A stretch of DNA of 64,000 nt from an uncultured bacterium (GTDB lineage: Bacteria > Babelota > Babeliae > Babelales > Vermiphilaceae), in NCBI GenBank assembly GCA_963702025.1, contig OY969699.1:224001-288000 (forward strand). Reading direction: 5' to 3'. The notes beneath the pieces were generated by a model. The model had not been told where the DNA came from. It saw only the letters and a program-made list of their open reading frames with translations, and did no database searches. Positions 29,984 through 41,159 of this stretch are shown here, one piece after another (within the stretch, counting starts at the first letter, position 1; each line of letters starts with the position of its first letter). The translations under genes and the position numbers were made by a program.

Positions 29984-30796
29984 ATGAATGCAATCAAAAA
30001 TAGCTTGATCGTAGCAATTTTTGCTTTAGTTTCGCCGCACACCAAGGGTATGGAAAAAAAGCGCCCGATGCAGGATTTAGCAAAACCAGAAAAGCGTCAC
30101 AAAACAAACCGAGAAAAAAATAAGGTAAACGATTTGGAAGAATTTGCTGCTTATGTTCAAAGAACGAGTAACATAAATGAAATAGACAGGCTTCATGGTA
30201 TGACAATGCTTCATTGGGCCGCCATGGAGAACCACGTTGAGAGGCTAAAAATATTGCTCGCTCATCCCCAATGCAATGTGAATGCAAAAAGCTTTTCGAC
30301 AGATACACCACTCCATTTTGCAATAAAATATGAGAGGGTGGAAATAGCAAAAATATTAATTACTCAGCCTCATTGCGATGTGAATGCGCTAACCAGTGAT
30401 AAATGGTCCCCTCTTTATACTGCCATTCGCCATAAACAACCAGAAATAGTAGCCTTACTGCTCGCTCGCCCCGAATGTAACCTGCACACCAAATGCGTCA
30501 TGGGCTGGTCGCCCCTTACTTTTGCAGCTCACACAAAACAGATTGAAATAGTAAAATTATTGCTTGCTCACCGAGAGCCTGATCAAAAAAATAAAGCCAT
30601 CCAAGCCTGCAAGGGCGATAAAACTATCTATTTTTCTCTTTTTCCTAATGATATTATTAACTTTTTATGCAGGCACTATTGCACCTTTTACAGCATTTCC
30701 GATAACCAAGCAAAACAAGTGACAGGAAAGCAATATGTTAAAAAAGAGATAAAAGAACTAATAATCGACCAGCTTAAAGCCCGAAATTCTAGATAA
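29984..30796 (+). CDS. Secreted ankyrin-repeat protein with bipartite NLS-like and C-terminal F-box-like motifs
   Basis: About 4 ankyrin repeats (TPLHFA, SPLYTA, SPLTFA); TKG-MEKKR...KRHK; YFSLFPNDIINFL. Confidence 0.88.
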   Translation: MNAIKNSLIVAIFALVSPHTKGMEKKRPMQDLAKPEKRHKTNREKNKVNDLEEFAAYVQRTSNINEIDRLHGMTMLHWAAMENHVERLKILLAHPQCNVNAKSFSTDTPLHFAIKYERVEIAKILITQPHCDVNALTSDKWSPLYTAIRHKQPEIVALLLARPECNLHTKCVMGWSPLTFAAHTKQIEIVKLLLAHREPDQKNKAIQACKGDKTIYFSLFPNDIINFLCRHYCTFYSISDNQAKQVTGKQYVKKEIKELIIDQLKARNSR

Positions 30797-30835
30797 GAGC
30801 CCCAAAAAAGGGGTTTGCATCATCAAAAAAAATAA

Positions 30836-30863
30836 TTGACAAATATGAAATTTAATGCATAAT
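30836..30863 (+). promoter_or_regulatory. Putative promoter of the ankyrin array (TTGACA-N16-CATAAT)
   Basis: Near-consensus elements about 40 bp upstream of ATG 30905. Confidence 0.55.
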
Positions 30864-30904
30864 TAGGGTATAAATAGTTTTTTTAGTTTTAAAGGAGGTT
30901 ACCT

Positions 30905-32572
30905 ATGAATCTAGTCAAATATACCCTAATTTTAGCCCTTTTAGGCTCATTTTCATCTACTGCCTTTGGCATGGAGAAAAAGCGTTCTGGGGAAGAAATA
31001 AGCCCAGAAGAAGGCTGGAAATACCCAAGAAAAGAAATTAAGAAAGAATATAAGGATGATGATAGATTCTTTTATCCTTATCGAGAAGAAGAATCTACCC
31101 AAGCATTTCCTCAAGATGGCTCCGCACTTGGCGATGAGGAGACAATTGAACCTGAAGTGCAAGCGACTAATGATATCGATATAGATATAGCTATTCCCGA
31201 AATCGACACTTCAAGCAATAATAATGCGCTCCCACAAACTAGTGAAATGCAAGACTCTGCAGCTCCTGCGAATATCAGCCAATTAACCTTAGAAATGGGG
31301 AATTTGAGAGAATTCGTGGAGAAAAAATTCACCACAACGAGGAAGATTTTACAGACAATTACTGAACGAATACGTGAAGCAAATAACCAAATAGATATAA
31401 TGGCAAATGATGTTGCTGCTTTAAAAGCATTACAACCTAAGCTGCAGCCAATGCCACTCGCTTCTAACCTTAAGCCCGCGCCAAAAAAAGCTGCTGATAA
31501 AGTGCAGATGATAATGGTCCCGGGTCAAAAACCGGGAATGACCAAGTATGTCCCATCAACTGCTGCCGAGCCCAGGGAACTTCAATGGGTGCAATACCCA
31601 CAATCAGGGGCGGCCCAGTATATTCCACTTATTCCCATAGAAGCTGCATCAACCTATTATCCTCACAAGGATCATTTGCCACAATCAATTAATCCGGCTT
31701 CTGCTCAAAAACCGGCCGCACCTGCATCAAAACCTGCAGCACCTCAGAAAGCCCCCAATCTTCCGAGACCTGTTGCAAAACCAGCGGCACAATCATTCTT
31801 ACCTTTTGATCAAATTATTCCAGGCTATCGATCCACTCATCGATCAGACACATTAATAGAATGCGCAGAAAAAATTGAAGCTAATAATCGCGTTATCTTT
31901 AACTGGCTTTCGGATCTGAGTAAGGAAAAACGTCCTTTCCCTACTGAAAAAATAGCATGGTTCTCGCCTTTACAAATCTACCCAATTCAAACCGCCTACA
32001 ATGGAGGCAATTTAGATGAAGCAACTCGATTAATTCAATCACATATTAAAAGAACTTTCATGGGTTATGCAATTGCTAGAGGAACAATCAATATGATTAA
32101 CGCAATTCTTGCCAGCGGATATGATCTGAATGAACCAGTAACCTATGATAGTCCAAGAACTCCTCTCATGTTTGCAGCGGAATCAGAACGGGAAGAAATA
32201 GTAGAGATTCTTTTAAAGGCCGGCGCTCAAGTTAATTATCAGAAACCTTTCACCAATGCTACTGCATTGCATCTTGCATGTTGCTCAAAAAATGATGATC
32301 CAACAATAACAAATAGATTAATTAAAGCGGGAGCTACCGTGGATGCTCCTGCTAATTTCGGAAAAACCCCATTAATGTGTGCGGTACAACAGGGGCAACT
32401 TGCAAAAGTTAAAGCGCTTCTGGCAGAAAAAGCACGTGTAGACCTGAAAGCAATTAATCCTAAAGACAAATCCGAATGGACCGCTTTGGCTTTCGCAAAC
32501 AAAAGTAAGATGCCCGAAAATACTCGGACTGAAATAATCAAACTCTTAAAAAAATATGAAGCACATGAGTAA
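30905..32572 (+). CDS. Secreted ankyrin-repeat protein (array member 1)
   Basis: AAAGGAGG RBS; AFG-MEKKR; acidic, coiled-coil and P/A-rich regions; C-terminal ankyrins (TPLMFAA, TALHLAC, TPLMCAV). Confidence 0.9.
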   Translation: MNLVKYTLILALLGSFSSTAFGMEKKRSGEEISPEEGWKYPRKEIKKEYKDDDRFFYPYREEESTQAFPQDGSALGDEETIEPEVQATNDIDIDIAIPEIDTSSNNNALPQTSEMQDSAAPANISQLTLEMGNLREFVEKKFTTTRKILQTITERIREANNQIDIMANDVAALKALQPKLQPMPLASNLKPAPKKAADKVQMIMVPGQKPGMTKYVPSTAAEPRELQWVQYPQSGAAQYIPLIPIEAASTYYPHKDHLPQSINPASAQKPAAPASKPAAPQKAPNLPRPVAKPAAQSFLPFDQIIPGYRSTHRSDTLIECAEKIEANNRVIFNWLSDLSKEKRPFPTEKIAWFSPLQIYPIQTAYNGGNLDEATRLIQSHIKRTFMGYAIARGTINMINAILASGYDLNEPVTYDSPRTPLMFAAESEREEIVEILLKAGAQVNYQKPFTNATALHLACCSKNDDPTITNRLIKAGATVDAPANFGKTPLMCAVQQGQLAKVKALLAEKARVDLKAINPKDKSEWTALAFANKSKMPENTRTEIIKLLKKYEAHE

Positions 32573-32607
32573 TGGAAAATAATAATAATTTTAAAGGAGG
32601 TTTACCT

Positions 32608-34023
32608 ATGAATTTAGTAAAATATACCGTAACCTTAGCCCTTTTAGGCTCACTTTCTTCTACTGCCTTTGGCATGGAGAAAAAACATTCTGGCGATGAT
32701 TTAATCCAAAATGAAGAAGGGAAACGTCAACGCGTAGAAATCACCCAAGAGCAAACTGCTGAAAATAAATTAGCAGCAGAAATGATGGCCTTTGCCGAGT
32801 TCACCCAGGAGCAATTTTCCAAGGCAAACCGTATCTTGCAAATAATTGGAAATCAACTCAATGGATTGGATAACCGTTTGAATGAGATGGGTCGTGAAAT
32901 TGAAACATTGCAACAGCCACCGGTTACCAATGCAGAATTCAAAAAGCCCGCAGCAGCGCCATCACCACTCATTGCGCTGCCTGCAATTGCCCCAAAATCG
33001 GCAACAGCTACGGCATCACCCCTGAAGGCATACGCAGTAACCGCTACGCCGCAGAACACTTATGGAATGCGCCAAAAAGCACCCGCAGCCCAGCAACAAC
33101 TGCCCTCTGTTAATGCAATACCTGCGCAAAAACCTACTGCCCCAATGGGCCCACTCAATTGGCCACCACCTGCCGAACCAGAGCAACAAGAGATTGTGGC
33201 AACTGCCAAAAGAATGCGAAAAACAAAGCAAGCGGCAAAGCCAAAAGCAGTAAAAAGCTCAGAATCTATTCCGGGCATTCAATCAATTGCTTGGCTCTCG
33301 GAAGCTCCGGAAGAAATTATACAAAAAAGTAAAGAAAACAGAGAGGAAATCATCCAGTGGTTTGCAAGCAACATTGTTAAACATAATTCTTTTCCCTTTG
33401 ATTTGGAACACCTTACATTTAACGAAAATACTCAATTGCGCGCTGCATATAATAACAACAAGTTTACTGACATGGCGAGATTAATTGAGTTGCACTGCAA
33501 AAGAGACTTGATGAATAAGGCAATTCGCCACGGTGCTGCAAATCTTGTTACGCAAATCATTGCGCAAGGATTTAATGTTGACGAAGCAATCAACAGCACC
33601 GGATTGAGCCCCCTTATGCTTGCTGCGGAATTAGGACAAGAGATAATAGTTCCAATTCTTCTAAATGCGGGCGCCCAAGCGAACCTCAAAGATCACGCCA
33701 ATTGTAATAAAACGGCACTCCACCATGCTTGTTGTTCAACAAATGATAGCACAGCAATAATAGATAAATTAATGCTGGCCGGCGCAAACGTTGATGCGGC
33801 TTCTTACAACGGCACCACTCCGCTCGCTTATGCAGTACAACATGGACATCTTGCCCAGGCTAAAGTATTGCTTAAGGCCAAAGCAAACGTGCATAAAAAA
33901 ATAATTAACCCTACAGATAAATCTGAAAAAACTGTTTTGGATTGTGCAAAAAAATATCCAATGCCGGATAATATTCGCGCTGCAATAATTAAGCTTTTAA
34001 ATGAATATGGCGCGAACGAATAA
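32608..34023 (+). CDS. Secreted ankyrin-repeat protein (array member 2)
   Basis: Same RBS and leader cassette as 30905; AFG-MEKKH...KRQR; C-terminal ankyrins. Confidence 0.9.
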   Translation: MNLVKYTVTLALLGSLSSTAFGMEKKHSGDDLIQNEEGKRQRVEITQEQTAENKLAAEMMAFAEFTQEQFSKANRILQIIGNQLNGLDNRLNEMGREIETLQQPPVTNAEFKKPAAAPSPLIALPAIAPKSATATASPLKAYAVTATPQNTYGMRQKAPAAQQQLPSVNAIPAQKPTAPMGPLNWPPPAEPEQQEIVATAKRMRKTKQAAKPKAVKSSESIPGIQSIAWLSEAPEEIIQKSKENREEIIQWFASNIVKHNSFPFDLEHLTFNENTQLRAAYNNNKFTDMARLIELHCKRDLMNKAIRHGAANLVTQIIAQGFNVDEAINSTGLSPLMLAAELGQEIIVPILLNAGAQANLKDHANCNKTALHHACCSTNDSTAIIDKLMLAGANVDAASYNGTTPLAYAVQHGHLAQAKVLLKAKANVHKKIINPTDKSEKTVLDCAKKYPMPDNIRAAIIKLLNEYGANE

Positions 34024-34058
34024 TGAAATATAATAATAATTGTAAAGGAAGTTTACCT

Positions 34059-35468
34059 ATGAATTTAGTAAAATATACCCTAACTTTAGCCCTTTTATGC
34101 TCTCTTTCTACTGCCTTTGGCATGAAACGCGGTGGAGAAGAATTAAACAATAATGAAACACCGTGGAAAAGCCAAAGAACGGACATGCAAGCATTTACTA
34201 CTGAAGACCCCACGGAAGCTGATCCCGATGAGGAGGAGGACCTTTCACTGGCAATCCAAAATTCTTACTCAACAGATATTCCAGGAATTGACACTTCAAG
34301 CAACAATAATGCGCTCCCTCAAAATACTGCTGCAACCCGTACAACCACCTCGGTAACCGTGGCTCAGTTAGCACTCGGCATGGCAACATGTAAGCAAACA
34401 ATTGAAGATCAATTCTCTCAAATACATCAAACGTTAAAGAAAATTATTGATCGATTAAATACAACCGAAAATCGCATACAAGAGATGTCTGCAAAGATCG
34501 CTACGTTAAAATCAACACAACAGCAAGGGCCCCTTGAAAAAATACAGGAACAACAACAACAGCTCTTACAACAACTACAAATGCAGGCAGAAATACGAGC
34601 AATGCATCCACTGTACCCCCTGCTAAGCCCGGTTGCCCCTAAGCCTGCGGCTGTACCCACACTCAAGCCGGTCGCACAACCCGGAACTACTGCTACTATC
34701 GTCAAAGCAGCTGAATTTTCCCCAGGATGTCAACACATTTTTTATGACAGAGAAACTCCGGCAAAAATTTTACAAAAACATGCCCATAACCAACAAGCTT
34801 TCAATACCTGGATTTCAAATAGTAGCAAAGGAAACCAGTCTTTAGGTTTCCAATTGGAACACTTATCAGATGAAGAAAATATACAGCTAATTGATGCATA
34901 TCATTCTAAAAATTTTGGCACAATAACTAATTTAATCAATTTGTATTGCAAAAGAAGTTTGATGGTTAACGCACTCAAAATTGGCAGAATGGATCTTATC
35001 TCTCAACTTATTGCTCAAGGATACAATCTTAATGCAATAATAGTCCCGGATGGGCAAGTAACCCCTCTTGTTTATGCGGCAGCACAAGGGCAGGAGAAAA
35101 TTGTGGGAATTCTTTTAGAGGCCGGTGCTGATGTTAATATAACTACGTCATTCAAGGAGGGTAATACATCTACATGCTTACATATCGCGTGTTTTGCACC
35201 AAATGCTAATCCGGCAATAATAGATAGACTAATTAAAGCGGGAGCTCATATTAATGCCATCACGTCTCATGGCTCAACGCCGCTCATCGTATCAGCAAAA
35301 TGTGGGTTCCCTGCCAAAGTTAAAGCCCTTATTGCAGCAGGCGCGGATGTTAATAAAAAAGATAACACCGGTCTAACTGCGCTCGATTGGGCACAGAAAA
35401 GTAAAATGCCGGAAGAGGTTCGAACTGAAATTATAAATCTCTTAAAAGAGCGGATGGCGCAAAAGTAA
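34059..35468 (+). CDS. Secreted ankyrin-repeat protein (array member 3)
   Basis: Same leader cassette; AFG-MKR; Gln-rich stretch; C-terminal ankyrins. Confidence 0.9.
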   Translation: MNLVKYTLTLALLCSLSTAFGMKRGGEELNNNETPWKSQRTDMQAFTTEDPTEADPDEEEDLSLAIQNSYSTDIPGIDTSSNNNALPQNTAATRTTTSVTVAQLALGMATCKQTIEDQFSQIHQTLKKIIDRLNTTENRIQEMSAKIATLKSTQQQGPLEKIQEQQQQLLQQLQMQAEIRAMHPLYPLLSPVAPKPAAVPTLKPVAQPGTTATIVKAAEFSPGCQHIFYDRETPAKILQKHAHNQQAFNTWISNSSKGNQSLGFQLEHLSDEENIQLIDAYHSKNFGTITNLINLYCKRSLMVNALKIGRMDLISQLIAQGYNLNAIIVPDGQVTPLVYAAAQGQEKIVGILLEAGADVNITTSFKEGNTSTCLHIACFAPNANPAIIDRLIKAGAHINAITSHGSTPLIVSAKCGFPAKVKALIAAGADVNKKDNTGLTALDWAQKSKMPEEVRTEIINLLKERMAQK

Positions 35469-35490
35469 TATAAAATAATGGAGAACTCTC

Positions 35491-36480
35491 ATGAATTTAT
35501 TTGAAAACATTCTCTGCATCACACTCCTTACTTCTTTTTCATGCGCACTACAAGCCATGGAAAAAAAGCGTCCATTTGAAGAACAGGAATTTTTAAATTG
35601 GCTCGCCGATGACGATTTATTAAAACAAATGGATGAAAAAAGTGTGACCGATGAATTTTTACAACAATATTATGATGCGATTTCTCCTTCGGGCGATCAG
35701 CATCCTGGAAAATTCCAAAAAACTGAAGCCCGCAATAATACCGTTGATATTTTTAAAGAAACCATTAATGGGTTTGATAACGGGGCAACTACCAATGCCT
35801 TACCTCCCGAACCATCATATGCTGATTTGCAGGCGCAGCTTACGCAAACCCGTGATCAAGTAACTCAATTAAATGCTATCGTAGCAAGCCATGCCGCAAA
35901 AATTGAACAGCTTGAAAGAATAGTGATAAGATTACATACATCTGGACCATTACAATCTGTTCCCGCTTCGCTGCCCAAACTTCCCCCGCATCTAGCCTGC
36001 ATGCAAATGCCGCCAAAACCAGCACCGCAAGCAAAAAAAATAATAATCCAGGGGCCACCATCATTACTTCAGGCAGCATTTGACGGTAATTTAGATTTAA
36101 CAAGAAAACTATTACAAACGGGAGCGAATGTTAATGAAAAAAATACTGATAGAATAGCGGCAACCCCGCTATATTATGCAATTGTTAAAAAAAAACCAAA
36201 CCTCGAGGTTATAAAATTACTTATCAAAAATGGAGCGGCAATAAATGCACAAACCACAGCAGGTATAACGCCCTTAATGGCAGCTATAAAAATAGGCAAT
36301 ATCGAAATAGTAAAAATACTCCTCAATGAAAAACCAGATCTCACCATAGCCTATGTGAATAATGGGAAAAAATTCACCGCTCTTGATGTGGCACGCATAT
36401 ATGCGAGCAATATGCATCCTGAGATATATGCGCCAATAGTAAAATTACTTGAACAATTTATGGTGGGGGAAAAAAAATGA
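35491..36480 (+). CDS. Secreted ankyrin-repeat protein (array member 4)
   Basis: LQA-MEKKRP; acidic-aromatic patch; coiled coil; ankyrins (TPLYYA, TPLMAA). Confidence 0.9.
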   Translation: MNLFENILCITLLTSFSCALQAMEKKRPFEEQEFLNWLADDDLLKQMDEKSVTDEFLQQYYDAISPSGDQHPGKFQKTEARNNTVDIFKETINGFDNGATTNALPPEPSYADLQAQLTQTRDQVTQLNAIVASHAAKIEQLERIVIRLHTSGPLQSVPASLPKLPPHLACMQMPPKPAPQAKKIIIQGPPSLLQAAFDGNLDLTRKLLQTGANVNEKNTDRIAATPLYYAIVKKKPNLEVIKLLIKNGAAINAQTTAGITPLMAAIKIGNIEIVKILLNEKPDLTIAYVNNGKKFTALDVARIYASNMHPEIYAPIVKLLEQFMVGEKK

Positions 36481-37475
36481 ATATAAATAAAATAATACTC
36501 GGGATAACACTCTTAGCTTCTATTTGCACGATCCAGGCTATGGAGAAAAATGAAAGAAAGCGTGAATATGAAGATGACCAACAGAATATATTTTGGCCTT
36601 TTGATACAGACCAAGAGCTACTTCTCCCGGAGATCCCAATCGATGAAATTCAAAGCCCGTACGATTATCAACCGCACGAAAAATATCAAAAAGTGCAAGA
36701 AGCTGATACGAGCGCAACTACCAATGCGGTGATACAAGAACAACCTAATTTTTCTACACAATTAACAGAAATGCGTAATCTTGCAAATACGTTAAGCACT
36801 GTAGTTGTCCAAAACTGCTCGAGGATCGAAAAACTTGAAGGCATAGCCAGCGAACTACAATCAGCAGTTGAAGAAATAAAAAAATCAATTGCTGCCCAGG
36901 AAAATACTATTCAACGGCTCCTTGCCATTAATAATTACAAACCCACGGCATCGACATCACCCGTTCCAACAGCCCTACCCAAACTCATACCAAAAAATCC
37001 GCCATCACCTATTCTAAAAAAAACATGCATTCAACCGGTCATCTATCAACCTCAAAATAATGGTTACACTCCGCTTATGACTGCAGTATTAAGCAACGAT
37101 GTTCAAAAGGTGAAAGACTTATTAACAGAAGAATCTATCAATGTTAACATTAAAGATGTAAGAAAATCAGCCACGGCATTGCACTATGCTATTGATCAAG
37201 TCAATCCTGAAATAGTAGATCTTTTAATAAAAAAAGGTGCAGACGTTAATGTTTCTATAGGGACCGGCGCAACGCCATTAACTTTAGCAATTGTAAAAAA
37301 AAATATTAATATTATCACTTTGCTCCTTAAGGAACAGGCAAACCCAAATATCAAAATAAAATGCAAGGATGGCAAGGGCTATTGCGCACTTGAACTTGCA
37401 CGATGGATGGAAAAAAAAGAGCCCGACACATTGAAACCAATCATTGATTTACTCATTAAACATGGCGCTCGCTAA
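36477..37475 (+). CDS. Secreted ankyrin-repeat protein (array member 5)
   Basis: IQA-MEKNERKRE; coiled coil; ankyrins (TPLMTA, TALHYA, TPLTLA). Confidence 0.9.
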   Translation: MNINKIILGITLLASICTIQAMEKNERKREYEDDQQNIFWPFDTDQELLLPEIPIDEIQSPYDYQPHEKYQKVQEADTSATTNAVIQEQPNFSTQLTEMRNLANTLSTVVVQNCSRIEKLEGIASELQSAVEEIKKSIAAQENTIQRLLAINNYKPTASTSPVPTALPKLIPKNPPSPILKKTCIQPVIYQPQNNGYTPLMTAVLSNDVQKVKDLLTEESINVNIKDVRKSATALHYAIDQVNPEIVDLLIKKGADVNVSIGTGATPLTLAIVKKNINIITLLLKEQANPNIKIKCKDGKGYCALELARWMEKKEPDTLKPIIDLLIKHGAR

Positions 37476-37556
37476 AATTTACCGTATACTATTGAAGCGC
37501 ATAACGGTCTTTTTAAGCCATTGTATCGCGCTGAAATTCCTCGAAGCAAAAAACTA

Positions 37557-37577
37557 TGGTTTTCTTGCGAAGTAGAA
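37557..37577 (+). repeat. 21-bp exact direct repeat, copy 1 (TGGTTTTCTTGCGAAGTAGAA)
   Basis: Identical to 52827-52847. Confidence 0.8.
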
Positions 37578-37615
37578 TAAAAAAGTCCCGGTTAAACATC
37601 AATGAAAGTGGAAAA

Positions 37616-38212
37616 ATGAATTTACTTAGACTCATATTATTTTTAGTGCCCGCAGCATCTTTTATATACCCAATAGACGCAATGAAGCTTACAAACAAAA
37701 AAAAGCGCACGCGTGAAAATGCTCAATTGCGCCAGGAATTAATTTGTGATGATAATAGTTTTCCCAATAAATCTGTTAAAGATTTTTTCTCCGAATCAAA
37801 AAATGAATCCACTAGTTGGCAAGAATTAGAGCAATGGTTATATGAGGATCAACAAGGAGAATATTTTCAAAAATCTTTAGCAGCCTATAACACTACCATT
37901 GATACTCCTACAACTATGCACACCACTCCATCTGAATCACTACACCCAGAGATAGCACTACAAAATGAAAAACTTGTTGAAATTAGTAACTATTTAAGTA
38001 CATTCAACCAGCAGATAAATCAAAATAGTTCACGAATAACCAACCTTGAAAAATTGATTATTGAGGTGCAATTAAAAATGAGTAATTTTGAATCAAAACT
38101 GGCTCAATGTAACAATAACGTTGAGACATTACTCGCTGCATACAGACCAATCTCGCATTCTCGCGAGAATCGTAAGCATCTCGCCGATTATCCGCCAAAG
38201 CCTCCAAAATAA
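37616..38212 (+). CDS. Truncated array member 6 (signal, NLS-like, acidic, coiled coil; ankyrins lost)
   Basis: IDA-MKLTNKKKRTRE; QNSSRITNLEK matches QNCSRIEKLEG of member 5; out-of-frame GANPNLR remnant downstream. Confidence 0.7.
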   Translation: MNLLRLILFLVPAASFIYPIDAMKLTNKKKRTRENAQLRQELICDDNSFPNKSVKDFFSESKNESTSWQELEQWLYEDQQGEYFQKSLAAYNTTIDTPTTMHTTPSESLHPEIALQNEKLVEISNYLSTFNQQINQNSSRITNLEKLIIEVQLKMSNFESKLAQCNNNVETLLAAYRPISHSRENRKHLADYPPKPPK

Positions 38213-38379
38213 CTTACCATGATGAAAGAACATATTCGGGCTCCTTGGGCGCAAACCCCAATCTGCGAACAAGACGAAGCGATGGCCTGCGCAGAATGAT
38301 GTTTTAAGGAACCATCTTTACAAAACCTATCTTTAGCTCTAGCTTGAATGATAAGAAATCAAGTATCTCATTTGCGTAA

Positions 38380-40081
<1,702 letters not shown>

Positions 40082-40093
40082 ACCAAATTATTT

Positions 40094-40885
40094 TCAACCA
40101 AAAATCGAGCTCACCAGTGAATTCACCAGCGAAGTACTTTCGACTTTAATAATTATTTTCATTTGCTCAGTGCCACGCGTAAAAAGCAAAGTAACAATGC
40201 CGGCATCAGGAAATTGAAGTTTCCAATCCTGGCAAAGCATATTAACATACTCGCTCAATTCCTGAGAACTTTCTAATATAGTAATACCCCCTGCCTTAGG
40301 ATCATCTAACTTCAAATGCCATGCATCATCTTTTTGCCAAACATAAGTTGGATAAGGTGCCTTGAGCCACGATATGATTCTTACCGATTCACCATTTTTT
40401 ATTAGATAGTAATCATCCCCATAGAGCAAATCGATCTCTTGAGTACCAAAAGGGAATTGCTTTGGCTTTTTCCATTCCATTTTCTGTGCTGTTGGCAATA
40501 CGGCAACATCAATGGCAACTTGTTTGTTATCACGTTGCAATACAATTTGCCCCGATCCGGCTTGTTTTGCGCGCATAAGAATGGTCTGAAATAATTCACC
40601 ACCGCACCCATCAGGAGCCGTTTCATTACTTTTGAGAAATTTTACTGATGGCGGACATGAAACGATTTTCCAATCATCCTTATCCTGCCATTGAAAATTT
40701 GAGGGCATTCCCGGGGGTATTGGAGTAATAGATATTATTTCAAATCGTTCCCCGATTTTTACTTGGATAGCCAGCTCCGATTTTTGTATGTTAATCGATT
40801 GCATTTGAGTATAGGGATTCCAATCGCCACGTAAAAAACTTGAGACGGTTAACATGCTACAAAAAACATATCTATCTATTTTCAT
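40094..40885 (-). CDS. Secreted protein with two internal repeats, chagasin/I42-like
   Basis: Signal peptide; VKIGERFEI...FQW...GCGG...MRAKQAGSGQIVL, plus a second diverged copy. Confidence 0.5.
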   Translation of the reverse strand: MKIDRYVFCSMLTVSSFLRGDWNPYTQMQSINIQKSELAIQVKIGERFEIISITPIPPGMPSNFQWQDKDDWKIVSCPPSVKFLKSNETAPDGCGGELFQTILMRAKQAGSGQIVLQRDNKQVAIDVAVLPTAQKMEWKKPKQFPFGTQEIDLLYGDDYYLIKNGESVRIISWLKAPYPTYVWQKDDAWHLKLDDPKAGGITILESSQELSEYVNMLCQDWKLQFPDAGIVTLLFTRGTEQMKIIIKVESTSLVNSLVSSIFG

Positions 40886-40988
40886 CTTTATCCTTACTGC
40901 TCATCAATCAAGCGTTTTAGACCAGACAAATAATACACTATCACATCAAAAACAGTAAGCAGCATCGTGAGGAGGAAATCGCAAAAGA

Positions 40989-41156
40989 CTATGGGTGAGG
41001 AATTATTGCAACAATTGAAATAACATGGCGTAGATTTGTTTCCATTAATCGCAAAGCCTTTACAATATCTTTTAATATTCTATGTTTTGATGGATCACTT
41101 TTAAGCTCATGTAATTGATCTTTAGCTTCTTGCGTATACTTTAATTCAAATGCGAT
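40989..41156 (-). pseudogene. RelE/ParE-like toxin remnant (start codon lost, apparent internal deletion)
   Basis: ATC-AFELKYTQEAKDQLHEL...LMETNLRH joined directly to VISIVAIIPHP*; directly downstream of the antitoxin. Confidence 0.65.
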
Positions 41157-41159
41157 TGC

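Noticed and set aside
32572..32607. Upstream ATGs overlapping the previous stop (32572, 34023) as true starts
   Set aside because: The strong RBS lies inside these extensions and the paralog at 30905 starts at the equivalent MNLVKY.
30905..37475. Diversity-generating retroelement acting on the ankyrin array
   Set aside because: No reverse transcriptase and no template/variable repeat pair with adenine-specific differences.
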